IMG/VR virus record: IMGVR_UViG_3300045988_147588
Location: 1 to 42,816 of that record
DNA: 42,816 bases
From: a virus
Strand: one strand, 5' to 3'
In this document: positions 20,874-28,399 of the stretch, piece by piece
How the letters are laid out: each line of letters opens with the position of its first letter
Position numbering within the stretch: position 1 is the stretch's first letter
Notes under the pieces: model-generated
The model's input: the letters and a program-made list of their open reading frames with translations, nothing else
Told to the model about the DNA's origin: nothing
Databases searched by the model: none
Translations under genes and position numbers: made by a program

Positions 20874-21277
20874 AGTTTAGTCACCACTACATTAATTGTT
20901 GCTTGAGTTAATTCTACACCAGTATTTACAAATTGAATTGTAGTTGGTGATGAGCAACAACATGTTCCATTATTTCTTGTTGCTTGAACTAAAGTAGTAA
21001 TAGATCCATGAATTCCTTCAGTTGCAACAACTGTTGGAATAGAAATCTTAGATTGAGATTGTTGTACACCATCTTTAGTCATTACAATTTCAATATCGCC
21101 CGCTGCGCCTGGTAAACCGCCTACATTTAGAACGATTTCATAAACACCTGAACAATTTAACTCAATTGATGAAACGCCGCTCAAAATGGCTGTTTTGCCC
21201 TTTTTAAGAGATACGCTATTAAACGGTAAAATTCCATTTGTAGCTATTGTTTGATTTATCGAATAAGCTTCTAACAT
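20867..21277 (-). CDS. C1q/TNF-like (BclA C-terminal-domain-like) protein with CCC motif (136 aa)
   Basis: Beta-rich pattern resembles the exosporium BclA C-terminal domain: GILPFNSV...GVYEIVLNVGG...IEIVMTKDGV...INVVVTKLC. Contains TCCCSSP. Confidence 0.45.
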   Translation of the reverse strand: MLEAYSINQTIATNGILPFNSVSLKKGKTAILSGVSSIELNCSGVYEIVLNVGGLPGAAGDIEIVMTKDGVQQSQSKISIPTVVATEGIHGSITTLVQATRNNGTCCCSSPTTIQFVNTGVELTQATINVVVTKLC

Positions 21278-21342
21278 ATTTTTTTCCTTTCTTTAAAAGA
21301 GAGGCGTTTGCCTCTCTCCTTATCTGGCAAACTTAATTTGCT

Positions 21343-21939
21343 CTAAATATTGTTTGTTCCGCATCCACTGTAGAATGGATTTGCACCGCTACAATAACTT
21401 GTCTGTGTAGGATATCTTACAACTCCTGCCACAGCATTTTGTAATTGCAACGCGTTGATTTGGTTCTGCATATCATTCATTCTGTTTGTTGTGATAGCAT
21501 CAAGAATCTTTTGTGTTTGTGCCACTGTAGTAGCGTTAATGCTAGCAGTATTTAAGCTGGCATTATAATTTACACCATCAATTGCTCTTAGTGTTTCACA
21601 ACAACATCTCTGTTGTTCTGCAAAGCCTTGTTGAATAGTACTCTGAACATCTCTGATTTCTCCTAGATTGTTCATCGCTAAATCTTTCATTTGAGAAATG
21701 ACTTCTGAACCAACTTCCTGAGTTCTTGCCTCAATATCTCTTTGTCCATTTTGGATTGAGTTGAGGTCAATTGCTCTTTGCAAATCGCCTTGTTGCAATC
21801 CGCCACCACCTAATCCAAAGCCATTGCCACCAAATAATAGAATCAATAATGCGAATATCCACATGAATGAACTATCCCATCCATAGCCTGAATCTTTCTG
21901 CATTAAAGCCACATCACTAGCTGTTAAGCCGTTTTCCAT
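21343..21939 (-). CDS. Membrane-anchored Gly-rich / coiled-coil protein with CCC motif (198 aa)
   Basis: FMWIFALLILLFGGNGFGLGGGG transmembrane + Gly segment. Q/N-rich helical region. QQRCCCETL. C-terminal YCSGANPFYSGCG. Confidence 0.6.
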   Translation of the reverse strand: MENGLTASDVALMQKDSGYGWDSSFMWIFALLILLFGGNGFGLGGGGLQQGDLQRAIDLNSIQNGQRDIEARTQEVGSEVISQMKDLAMNNLGEIRDVQSTIQQGFAEQQRCCCETLRAIDGVNYNASLNTASINATTVAQTQKILDAITTNRMNDMQNQINALQLQNAVAGVVRYPTQTSYCSGANPFYSGCGTNNI

Positions 21940-21990
21940 AATTCATCCTTTCTGTGCATTAGCACTTTTATAAATAACTGTCATGACTAG

Positions 21991-22230
21991 TTATTTCCCT
22001 AAAAATTGTCTTATCGTATTGATAGTTGTATCTGCATCTAACCCACGTTGTCTGCACAATGAACGAAATGCATTTTCTGGTGATCCATACTGTTTAATCA
22101 TGTTTTGAACTTGTGGATTATTAATTCTTTCATTCACGAATGTTTGAGGATTTCCAATCCCCTTTAGCATGTTCATCATTGGATTCTGATTTAATGATGT
22201 TTGTGTTAGTTGCTGGAATAGCTTGTTCAT
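21991..22230 (-). CDS. Q/N-rich small protein (79 aa)
   Basis: AAGGAG 7 nt upstream of the ATG at 22230. Starts 101 nt inside the preceding ORF. Confidence 0.55.
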   Translation of the reverse strand: MNKLFQQLTQTSLNQNPMMNMLKGIGNPQTFVNERINNPQVQNMIKQYGSPENAFRSLCRQRGLDADTTINTIRQFLGK

Positions 22231-22510
22231 TCTTCATCTCCTTTAGAATTGCCATCAATTCATTTCTTGTTACATATTGGTTTGGCTGTGGCTGAGGTTC
22301 ATCAATGATTTCTTGATATCTGAATTTTCTCAACGAACACATTCCAATGTTGTCGCATATCTTGATATAAAATAATCCATCGTTTTCACTGTCCAAAAGT
22401 ACAGTGTTGGAATTAGGCGGTAATTGGAAAGCTTTAGCACCTTCGATTCCTTGTACCCAGTTGATTCCATTTTTCTGAGGTTGATATCCTAAAAATCCGT
22501 TATTATACAT
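22130..22510 (-). CDS. Hypothetical protein (126 aa), first gene of the cargo cluster
   Basis: ATG at 22510 (MYNNGFLGYQPQ...) after GAAAGGA. PQPQPNQ linker. Confidence 0.6.
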   Translation of the reverse strand: MYNNGFLGYQPQKNGINWVQGIEGAKAFQLPPNSNTVLLDSENDGLFYIKICDNIGMCSLRKFRYQEIIDEPQPQPNQYVTRNELMAILKEMKNEQAIPATNTNIIKSESNDEHAKGDWKSSNIRE

Positions 22511-22530
22511 AATCTGATATCCTTTCTTCA

Positions 22531-22601
22531 CACTATAATTATCAAAGAAAAGTCGGCTTAAAAAGTATCAATAAAAGTTCAGAAAAGTATCGGAAAAGTA
22601 T
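22531..22601 (-). promoter_or_regulatory. Cargo-cluster promoter region with five phased repeats
   Basis: Minus-strand TATAGT (22531-22536), no good -35. AAAAGT(A/T) copies on the + strand with G at 22551, 22565, 22577, 22587, 22598 (10-14 bp period). Confidence 0.5.
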
Positions 22602-22611
22602 TAAAAACCAT

Positions 22612-22643
22612 AAAAAAAGAGGGTATTGCATTACACAATACCC
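22612..22643 (-). terminator. Rho-independent terminator of the late operon
   Basis: GGGTATTG / CAATACCC stem followed on the minus strand by TCTTTTTTT. Lies 5 nt after the stop of 22648..22914. Confidence 0.8.
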
Positions 22644-22647
22644 AAGT

Positions 22648-22914
22648 TTAATTTTCATCTAAATATGTTTCTTCTACACTATTTTTTCTAGGTGGTAGAA
22701 GAACACTGTATTTTTGAACTTTATCGTACTTTTTCTTTAATCTAGCTATTATTCTTTTAACAGAACTTTCTGACATATGTAATTCGTATGCCTGTTTTGT
22801 AATAGTCCATCCGCTTACTCTTGTACGGATTATCATTTCTTCTGTTTTTGTAAGACAAGCAAGAGATATAAATTCTTCAAGTATGATTTTGTTCCAAGCT
22901 ACTTGCTTACTCAT
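22648..22914 (-). CDS. Small HTH protein, sigma-70 region 4 / LuxR-like (88 aa)
   Basis: LTKTEEMIIRTRVSGWTITKQAYELHMSESSVKRIIARLKKKY. Confidence 0.6.
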   Translation of the reverse strand: MSKQVAWNKIILEEFISLACLTKTEEMIIRTRVSGWTITKQAYELHMSESSVKRIIARLKKKYDKVQKYSVLLPPRKNSVEETYLDEN

Positions 22915-22916
22915 AA

Positions 22917-23291
22917 TTAAAAATCATTTTTACTATATGCCTTCTCGTATACCTTTTTTACATTAGCGATTGCCATCACGGCTTTACTGTTTGGATAATC
23001 AGGGTGCTGTCGGCAGTAGTCTTCATAATAGTCTATCGCGCTGAGGCATTCGTTGAACTCTTCCTCGTCGTGATGAATGCCGTGCTTGATTTCACCGTTA
23101 AATCTCAAAACACAAGCGCGCTTGTTTTCGGCTTTGTTTAAATCAATCTTACTTTCTAAGCTATCTAGCTTCTTTGAAATGTCGTCGACTGAAAACTTCT
23201 TTTCTAGCTTGTTAGCAAGTTTGCCACTACTTATTAGTGCAACTGTAATAGGCACCAACACATTAGTTAATAATACAATCCATGTCTCCAT
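22917..23291 (-). CDS. N-terminally membrane-anchored protein in the lysis cassette (124 aa)
   Basis: METWIVLLTNVLVPITVALISSG transmembrane segment, then a coiled coil. Adjacent to the holin. Confidence 0.55.
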   Translation of the reverse strand: METWIVLLTNVLVPITVALISSGKLANKLEKKFSVDDISKKLDSLESKIDLNKAENKRACVLRFNGEIKHGIHHDEEEFNECLSAIDYYEDYCRQHPDYPNSKAVMAIANVKKVYEKAYSKNDF

Positions 23292-23300
23292 GCCTTGCCG

Positions 23301-23528
23301 TTATTGCTCCTGTTCCTTCTTGTATTTTGAAGAACTATACATTAGGCACGCGCCCAATAAAGTTACGACACCCATAATTGTCGCCGGAATTTTGTCCGCA
23401 AACGGTAAACCCCATATTGCGGCCATTGCTTTGTAAAAAGTTGCAATTGCCGGCAATACGATTGTTGTTAACCATTTCAAAAAATCATAAGTTTCATTGT
23501 TCATTTTAAATGCGATAATTTTTTTCAT
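23301..23528 (-). CDS. Holin (Dp-1 / LL-H-like family, 75 aa)
   Basis: NNETYDFLKWLTTIVLPAIATFYKAMAAIWGLPFADKI...VVTLLGACLMY: two hydrophobic segments. Next to the lysin. Confidence 0.7.
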   Translation of the reverse strand: MKKIIAFKMNNETYDFLKWLTTIVLPAIATFYKAMAAIWGLPFADKIPATIMGVVTLLGACLMYSSSKYKKEQEQ

Positions 23529-23531
23529 TTT

Positions 23532-24959
23532 TCATCCCTCCATGATCTTCTTTATTTCATTTAATTTTTCGTTAGCTTTTTTTAGCTCCTCTTTTACTGC
23601 GTTCAGTTCTGCTTGAAGTTTATCGTATTCAGCTTTTGAAACGGTTTCTTCTGTTGGTTCTGTAGGTTTGCTAGGTTCTGTTGGTTCAGCAACCTTCATC
23701 TTTCCGATTGCTAATACGTTTGGAATATGACGACCTGTGTAAATGATTGATTGCCACTTGCTATCTGTAAACGCCATCATTTGAGTTGAACCACCACTGT
23801 CTACTAAGAATGCATAGTCAGCGTTACAATCTAACGCAAAGTTCTGCATTAGCTTTGGAAGTACTTTGCTAGCAGTACATACAATGCACCATGTATCTTT
23901 AATCTTCATAAACATGGTTTGACTGTTTGCGTAGTTGTCCTTATTGCCAAACGCTGATGAACGATGATTACAAGCTACATGATTAAATACAACTGTAGCG
24001 TATGGTGAACATGCGAAGTTCACATCCGCCTTAGAATACCAATAATCATTAGCGGTACATCTACCACACTCACCATTTTTCAATTCATAGAACACTTCAT
24101 AAGCACCGTTCTTAGGTGCTAGGTCATGTCCTGTAGTGTGTACATCATCACCGATACTTTGCTCAACACCGTAATGTTGACCATATTCTGATTTTGAAGC
24201 CATTTCAAAATAGTTACAATTTGCATCAGCCATGATTAATAAATTACTATGGTCGAATTTTCTAATATCTTGAGTAGCCTTTTCGTTTCCTAAAGCACTA
24301 AGCATGAATAATTTCTTGAATTTGTCATAGCCTTTATAGACTTTCAGATTTGCACCTGAATATGTCAAACTCTGGAATCCATCATTTAAATTCATAATTG
24401 CTTCATCTCCTTTGCATGTAATACCTGAGCAACTTTTCAATGTTGCTCCCTTTGTATTGAGTATTTTCGTAAAACTTGTGTCAACAAACATAACCTCAAG
24501 TGGATTTAATTCGTTGTATAAAGTCCACGTTCCATTTTTAGCCTTGTATCTTTTTCTAACATCGCCTTCAGCAATTTCTAGATGAATGTGATTGCCAGTA
24601 ACTTTACCTTCGTAAGGATATTTAGTTCCTTCTTGATACATCTTTTCATTGTGGTAAAGCCTACCAATTTTATGTTTATTCAAATCGTGTGTTAGCGATA
24701 CTGTTACCACTCTATCCACACCATCTGCACAATGTACCTTAGTAGGATTGCCTTTAGAATCGCATGACAGAAAATGATATGTATTAGTTGCACTACTCCA
24801 ACAACACGTACACTTCCAAAAAGTATCACCTCTGGCATACCAAATGTCTTTTCCTGTATCTCTACCGCCTAAATCAACCGCTTGATTTGCATGAGAATAA
24901 CTTCCACCTGGCAATTGAGTTATGTTTAAATATTCCATTCCAAAACACAAGTTATCCAT
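23532..24959 (-). CDS. Cell-wall hydrolase / lysin (475 aa), multi-domain
   Basis: GNHIHLEI (HxH, M23/LytM-like). FLVDSGGSTQM (phosphodiester-glycosidase/NAGPA-like). PTEPSKPTEPTEE linker and C-terminal coiled coil. Confidence 0.6.
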   Translation of the reverse strand: MDNLCFGMEYLNITQLPGGSYSHANQAVDLGGRDTGKDIWYARGDTFWKCTCCWSSATNTYHFLSCDSKGNPTKVHCADGVDRVVTVSLTHDLNKHKIGRLYHNEKMYQEGTKYPYEGKVTGNHIHLEIAEGDVRKRYKAKNGTWTLYNELNPLEVMFVDTSFTKILNTKGATLKSCSGITCKGDEAIMNLNDGFQSLTYSGANLKVYKGYDKFKKLFMLSALGNEKATQDIRKFDHSNLLIMADANCNYFEMASKSEYGQHYGVEQSIGDDVHTTGHDLAPKNGAYEVFYELKNGECGRCTANDYWYSKADVNFACSPYATVVFNHVACNHRSSAFGNKDNYANSQTMFMKIKDTWCIVCTASKVLPKLMQNFALDCNADYAFLVDSGGSTQMMAFTDSKWQSIIYTGRHIPNVLAIGKMKVAEPTEPSKPTEPTEETVSKAEYDKLQAELNAVKEELKKANEKLNEIKKIMEG

Positions 24960-25002
24960 GTTACCACCTCACTTTCATAATAAAAAGCCGTATTGCTACG
25001 AC

Positions 25003-25317
25003 TTATTCAAATTCAGCTTTAATAATATCTAATCCTGTTATACCAACAATAGACCACTTTACACCTTTTTTAGCTTGGTAAACTTTCATACCAGTTCCTG
25101 CTCCATAAGCTCCAGTATTATTCTTAACATCAAGAATACTTGTTAATCCGCTTGCTGTAATATTAACTTGCCATGTATTAATAGCAACTATGATGTAGCA
25201 GTCTTTTTCGGGTGTTTCAGTATAAGTTTTATTGTTGTCTCCATTAAAGGCTATCAAGGAAGTAAATTTCAATTTAGATACCCCCCCCGATTTCCGTACA
25301 ATTAAACAATTTCCCAT
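25003..25317 (-). CDS. Small tail-distal paralog 3 (104 aa) with G8 tract in codons 10-13
   Basis: MGNCLIVRKSGG N-terminus shared with the two upstream genes. AAAGGAG SD. Confidence 0.7.
   Translation of the reverse strand: MGNCLIVRKSGGVSKLKFTSLIAFNGDNNKTYTETPEKDCYIIVAINTWQVNITASGLTSILDVKNNTGAYGAGTGMKVYQAKKGVKWSIVGITGLDIIKAEFE
25281..25288 (-). repeat. G8 homopolymer inside the 5' end of 25003..25317
   Basis: Read directly: tcg ggg ggg gta. Confidence 0.95.
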
Positions 25318-25334
25318 CTTTTCTCCTTTGTTAT

Positions 25335-25676
25335 TTATAAAATTCCAATCAATATTATTGAACCTTGGTGTCCTGTTCTTCCTACATCAAATACAGTTCC
25401 TTTTGGAACATTTTCATAGTAATAATGATACCAAGAAAATATTTGCCCCCATGTATCGTTATACCCTGAGCTAATCTTTACAGCCTCGATACTAGGTGTT
25501 GTTGTAGTTTCCCATGAGCCACCATTTTGACCATTCAAAATAACATACACTCTTTTGTAATCTTTCTCTGTCGTTGCCTTTAACGTGGTTCCTTGAGAAT
25601 TACCGAATGTAACATATTTTGTAGCGATAATTTCGCTTCCACCGCCACCTTTTCTTGTTATCATGCAATTGCTCAT
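25335..25676 (-). CDS. Small tail-distal paralog 2 (113 aa)
   Basis: ATG at 25676 gives MSNCMITRKGGGG. Ends in ILIGIL. Confidence 0.7.
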   Translation of the reverse strand: MSNCMITRKGGGGSEIIATKYVTFGNSQGTTLKATTEKDYKRVYVILNGQNGGSWETTTTPSIEAVKISSGYNDTWGQIFSWYHYYYENVPKGTVFDVGRTGHQGSIILIGIL

Positions 25677-25725
25677 TCCAACACCTTCTTTCTGAAGATG
25701 TTTTTTAGGTAAGAAATACACTTAG

Positions 25726-26094
25726 TTATTCCCCCCCCGAGAGAATTCCGATGATTAGAACGTGCCCCCAACCGTTTGAAGCACCACTCCAAGAAATCGA
25801 ATGCCCTTTTTTAGCACTACCATATACATTAGTTCCTGTTACGTAATCGTTATCTTTACCAATACTGCCGTTATATCCCCAATCTCCTTTAGCTGCACTA
25901 GCTAATTCTTGCAATCCGTTTACATTGCATGAAGGTATTCCAGCTTGAGTTCTTTTCCCATCCACACTTCTTGTAACAACTATTGCCACATAGTCTTTTT
26001 GAAGAGTAATAGAACCACTGCCACCACTTTCTGCAAGCTTTTCTCCTGTCAATTTAGAAGAGCCGCCTTTTCTTGTAATTAAAGCATTTGCCAT
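25726..26094 (-). CDS. Small tail-distal paralog 1 (122 aa) with G8 tract in the last codons
   Basis: MANALITRKGGSS N-terminus. Ends in LIIGIL-SGGE, with SGGE encoded by the G8 tract. Confidence 0.7.
   Translation of the reverse strand: MANALITRKGGSSKLTGEKLAESGGSGSITLQKDYVAIVVTRSVDGKRTQAGIPSCNVNGLQELASAAKGDWGYNGSIGKDNDYVTGTNVYGSAKKGHSISWSGASNGWGHVLIIGILSGGE
25731..25738 (-). repeat. G8 homopolymer at the 3' end of 25726..26094
   Basis: Read directly: tcg ggg ggg gaa taa. Confidence 0.95.
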
Positions 26095-26100
26095 ATATAA

Positions 26101-26226
26101 CTATCCTTTTAATTCTTTTCCGTAAAGTTCTTTATATGCTTTTTTTGTTTCTTCAACATATCTTGTAGGAACATCATCTAAAGTTTTTTTGCCATTATGA
26201 ATGGCTCTTGCATATATTTTTCCCAT
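26101..26226 (-). CDS. XkdX-like 41-aa protein
   Basis: Hand translation: MGKIYARAIHNGKKTLDDVPTRYVEETKKAYKELYGKELKG. Size and position after the baseplate genes fit XkdX-type genes. Confidence 0.45.
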   Translation of the reverse strand: MGKIYARAIHNGKKTLDDVPTRYVEETKKAYKELYGKELKG

Positions 26227-26227
26227 A

Positions 26228-26545
26228 TTACACCTCTGCTAATTCCATTAATGCATCTGCATGTTCATTGAGTACTTCTGATACTTTTTCCTCAAAAGTT
26301 TTCATTCTGTTCTGAATAGTAACCTTTACAGTATCACCATCTTTTCTAGCGGAAATACCTTCTGGAATTACTTCAACATATTCAGTACCGTCTAATGTTA
26401 GTGTTTTCATATTTTCTACCGTTAGATTGTTTTTGATTGCATCCACTTCTTTAAAATTAGAAGTAGTCATTGTAATCAGCGTAATTGTAGATTCATCATC
26501 TACGTTAAATTTTGTTCCATCAGTGAATACTAATACTTTCATCAT
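26228..26545 (-). CDS. Hypothetical tail-module protein (105 aa)
   Basis: ORF track. Overlaps the upstream stop. Confidence 0.6.
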   Translation of the reverse strand: MMKVLVFTDGTKFNVDDESTITLITMTTSNFKEVDAIKNNLTVENMKTLTLDGTEYVEVIPEGISARKDGDTVKVTIQNRMKTFEEKVSEVLNEHADALMELAEV

Positions 26546-27246
26546 TTAACTCCTTTCACCAAAATAACAAAGTTTGAAGTAGGTTTATCTAAGCAGTACA
26601 AAGTCAATGTTTTTGTTTGTTCGTACAAATAAGCATATTTTAATGTTGCATATGCTTGTTCTTCTTCCTCAGTAGGAAGTGTTCCTGTAGCACCTATTTC
26701 AATAATTGGGTAACTGTCTATAATTTTGTTTACTGTTAAATCCTGGTAATAATAATCTCTTCCATCAATTGTTTTAGTACTAGAACTCCAACTTGATGCA
26801 GCCACATTAAATTTAGCTGTATTTGTACTACTTGGTATAGCTATGCTAAAAGCCATTGTAATTTTTTCTACTGCTAGATTCGTAGCGGTATATGTTGCAA
26901 TAATCATTTCGTATACTGAACCGTTAGTATTGATATCTTCTTTTGTTGGTGTATAACTACCTAAATAAGAAACAATACTGATAACATTTTCTGTAGCTAG
27001 ATCGTACTTCACTACAATATATCCGTTTGTTGTTTCAGATGATGGAAGTTTAACGGTTATGTCTTGCTCCTCGGTAACAAACTCTCTACCCATCATAATT
27101 CCATACATTGCTGGAATATGAACGAGTGCAGCACCTAATGAATTAATTGTTATTCCGTTAAACAAACCATCACTGAAAATCATGTTAAATAGCTTGCCAT
27201 CATCACTAGGAGAGACATTTTGTCCGTTTGCTCTAATTACTCTCAT
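26542..27246 (-). CDS. Baseplate / receptor-binding-module protein (234 aa)
   Basis: Position after the Dit and Gp37-like genes. N-terminus resembles BppU-type upper baseplate proteins by eye. Confidence 0.5.
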   Translation of the reverse strand: MRVIRANGQNVSPSDDGKLFNMIFSDGLFNGITINSLGAALVHIPAMYGIMMGREFVTEEQDITVKLPSSETTNGYIVVKYDLATENVISIVSYLGSYTPTKEDINTNGSVYEMIIATYTATNLAVEKITMAFSIAIPSSTNTAKFNVAASSWSSSTKTIDGRDYYYQDLTVNKIIDSYPIIEIGATGTLPTEEEEQAYATLKYAYLYEQTKTLTLYCLDKPTSNFVILVKGVK

Positions 27247-28399
27247 TGTTTGTAATCCTCCAATTTTCTCTGACGATTTGTGTTAATCGTGTTCTTGCCA
27301 TGCCAAAAGTAAGTACCATCGTTTTATCTGTTATTACTTCCTTACTAGTAAGCATTGTGTAGTATCTAGCATCATCTACTATAATTAGATATCTTGTGCC
27401 AATATCGCCAATATAAACTAACTTAGAATCCGTTTTGACTGTCAATTCTAACTCATCATCATAAGATGTTCTTTGCATTGAATCGAAAGCATCTTCTTTG
27501 CACACTTGCTCAAAAGATTTAGCTTCTTGTGTTACTACACCGTCTTTATCTTTCTTTTCTTCAACTGCCTTTTTCTTCTTAAACTTTTTAGAAACAGGCA
27601 ATAATCTTGGTGCTTTTGGTTCTTGATCTACATAACCGCTAAAACCATCTGGATGCCAATAAAATACAAGCATTGGTGTAAGGTTTGCTTTTTCCTCATC
27701 TGTTGCACCTTCTTTGTAATATTCACTATTTAAATAAACTATCTTATTAGGTTTCTTACTGTTAGATGTTTTCATCGAATAATCTAATACATCTGTTTCA
27801 CTTGTATCTATTACCCAAAATTCTTCAGTATCAACTAAGTGAATATCAATTTGAATAGTTTGTGTTTTAGGTACAAACTCCATATCAACAACTAATCCAT
27901 ATACTTTTAAAAACTCAACAGTTAAATCGTAAATGTTGTAAATATCATCATTTGCTACTTCAATATTTCCATTAGTACTTGAATGCTTTGTGATATTCAT
28001 TCCGATAATGTTTTGATAAGTATCGCCACTAGCAAAGATTGCTTTCATTTGTAACTCAAGCCAATCCTCTAACGTCATTTTGTTATCATTGACTTTAGCT
28101 ACCGAACCTAAATCACCATCAAAACAATCCATATCAAGTAATGACTGCAAAGGCAATAAAGTTACCGTTGTGTATGTTTTATCGAACGTATAATCATTTA
28201 TAACACCTTGATAAATTGCTTTTTCATCTAAAAACAAAGTGACTATATCGGTTCTTGATATATCCACTTTGCCTATTAGAGTTATTTTAGTTTTTTCTTG
28301 TGATATATAATCGTAGACAAGATTATCTACTTTTATTACTTCTTTATATTCTTTATATTCTAATGTTCTACTGAATACTGTTACACTATACCGTTTCAT
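27233..28399 (-). CDS. Tail/baseplate protein (Siphovirus Gp37-like, 388 aa)
   Basis: ATG at 28399 (MKRYSVTVF...) after GAGGAAG. Follows Dit. Confidence 0.6.
   Translation of the reverse strand: MKRYSVTVFSRTLEYKEYKEVIKVDNLVYDYISQEKTKITLIGKVDISRTDIVTLFLDEKAIYQGVINDYTFDKTYTTVTLLPLQSLLDMDCFDGDLGSVAKVNDNKMTLEDWLELQMKAIFASGDTYQNIIGMNITKHSSTNGNIEVANDDIYNIYDLTVEFLKVYGLVVDMEFVPKTQTIQIDIHLVDTEEFWVIDTSETDVLDYSMKTSNSKKPNKIVYLNSEYYKEGATDEEKANLTPMLVFYWHPDGFSGYVDQEPKAPRLLPVSKKFKKKKAVEEKKDKDGVVTQEAKSFEQVCKEDAFDSMQRTSYDDELELTVKTDSKLVYIGDIGTRYLIIVDDARYYTMLTSKEVITDKTMVLTFGMARTRLTQIVRENWRITNNESN

Noticed and set aside
25676-25745. Idea that a G-tract slip fuses paralog 1 (25726..26094) to paralog 2 into one longer fibre protein
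   Set aside because: Both alternative frames were translated by hand. G7 stops after NN. G9 stops at the TGA overlapping the paralog-2 ATG. The frame of paralog 2 has a TAA directly upstream of its GTG. No fusion is possible by a single slip.
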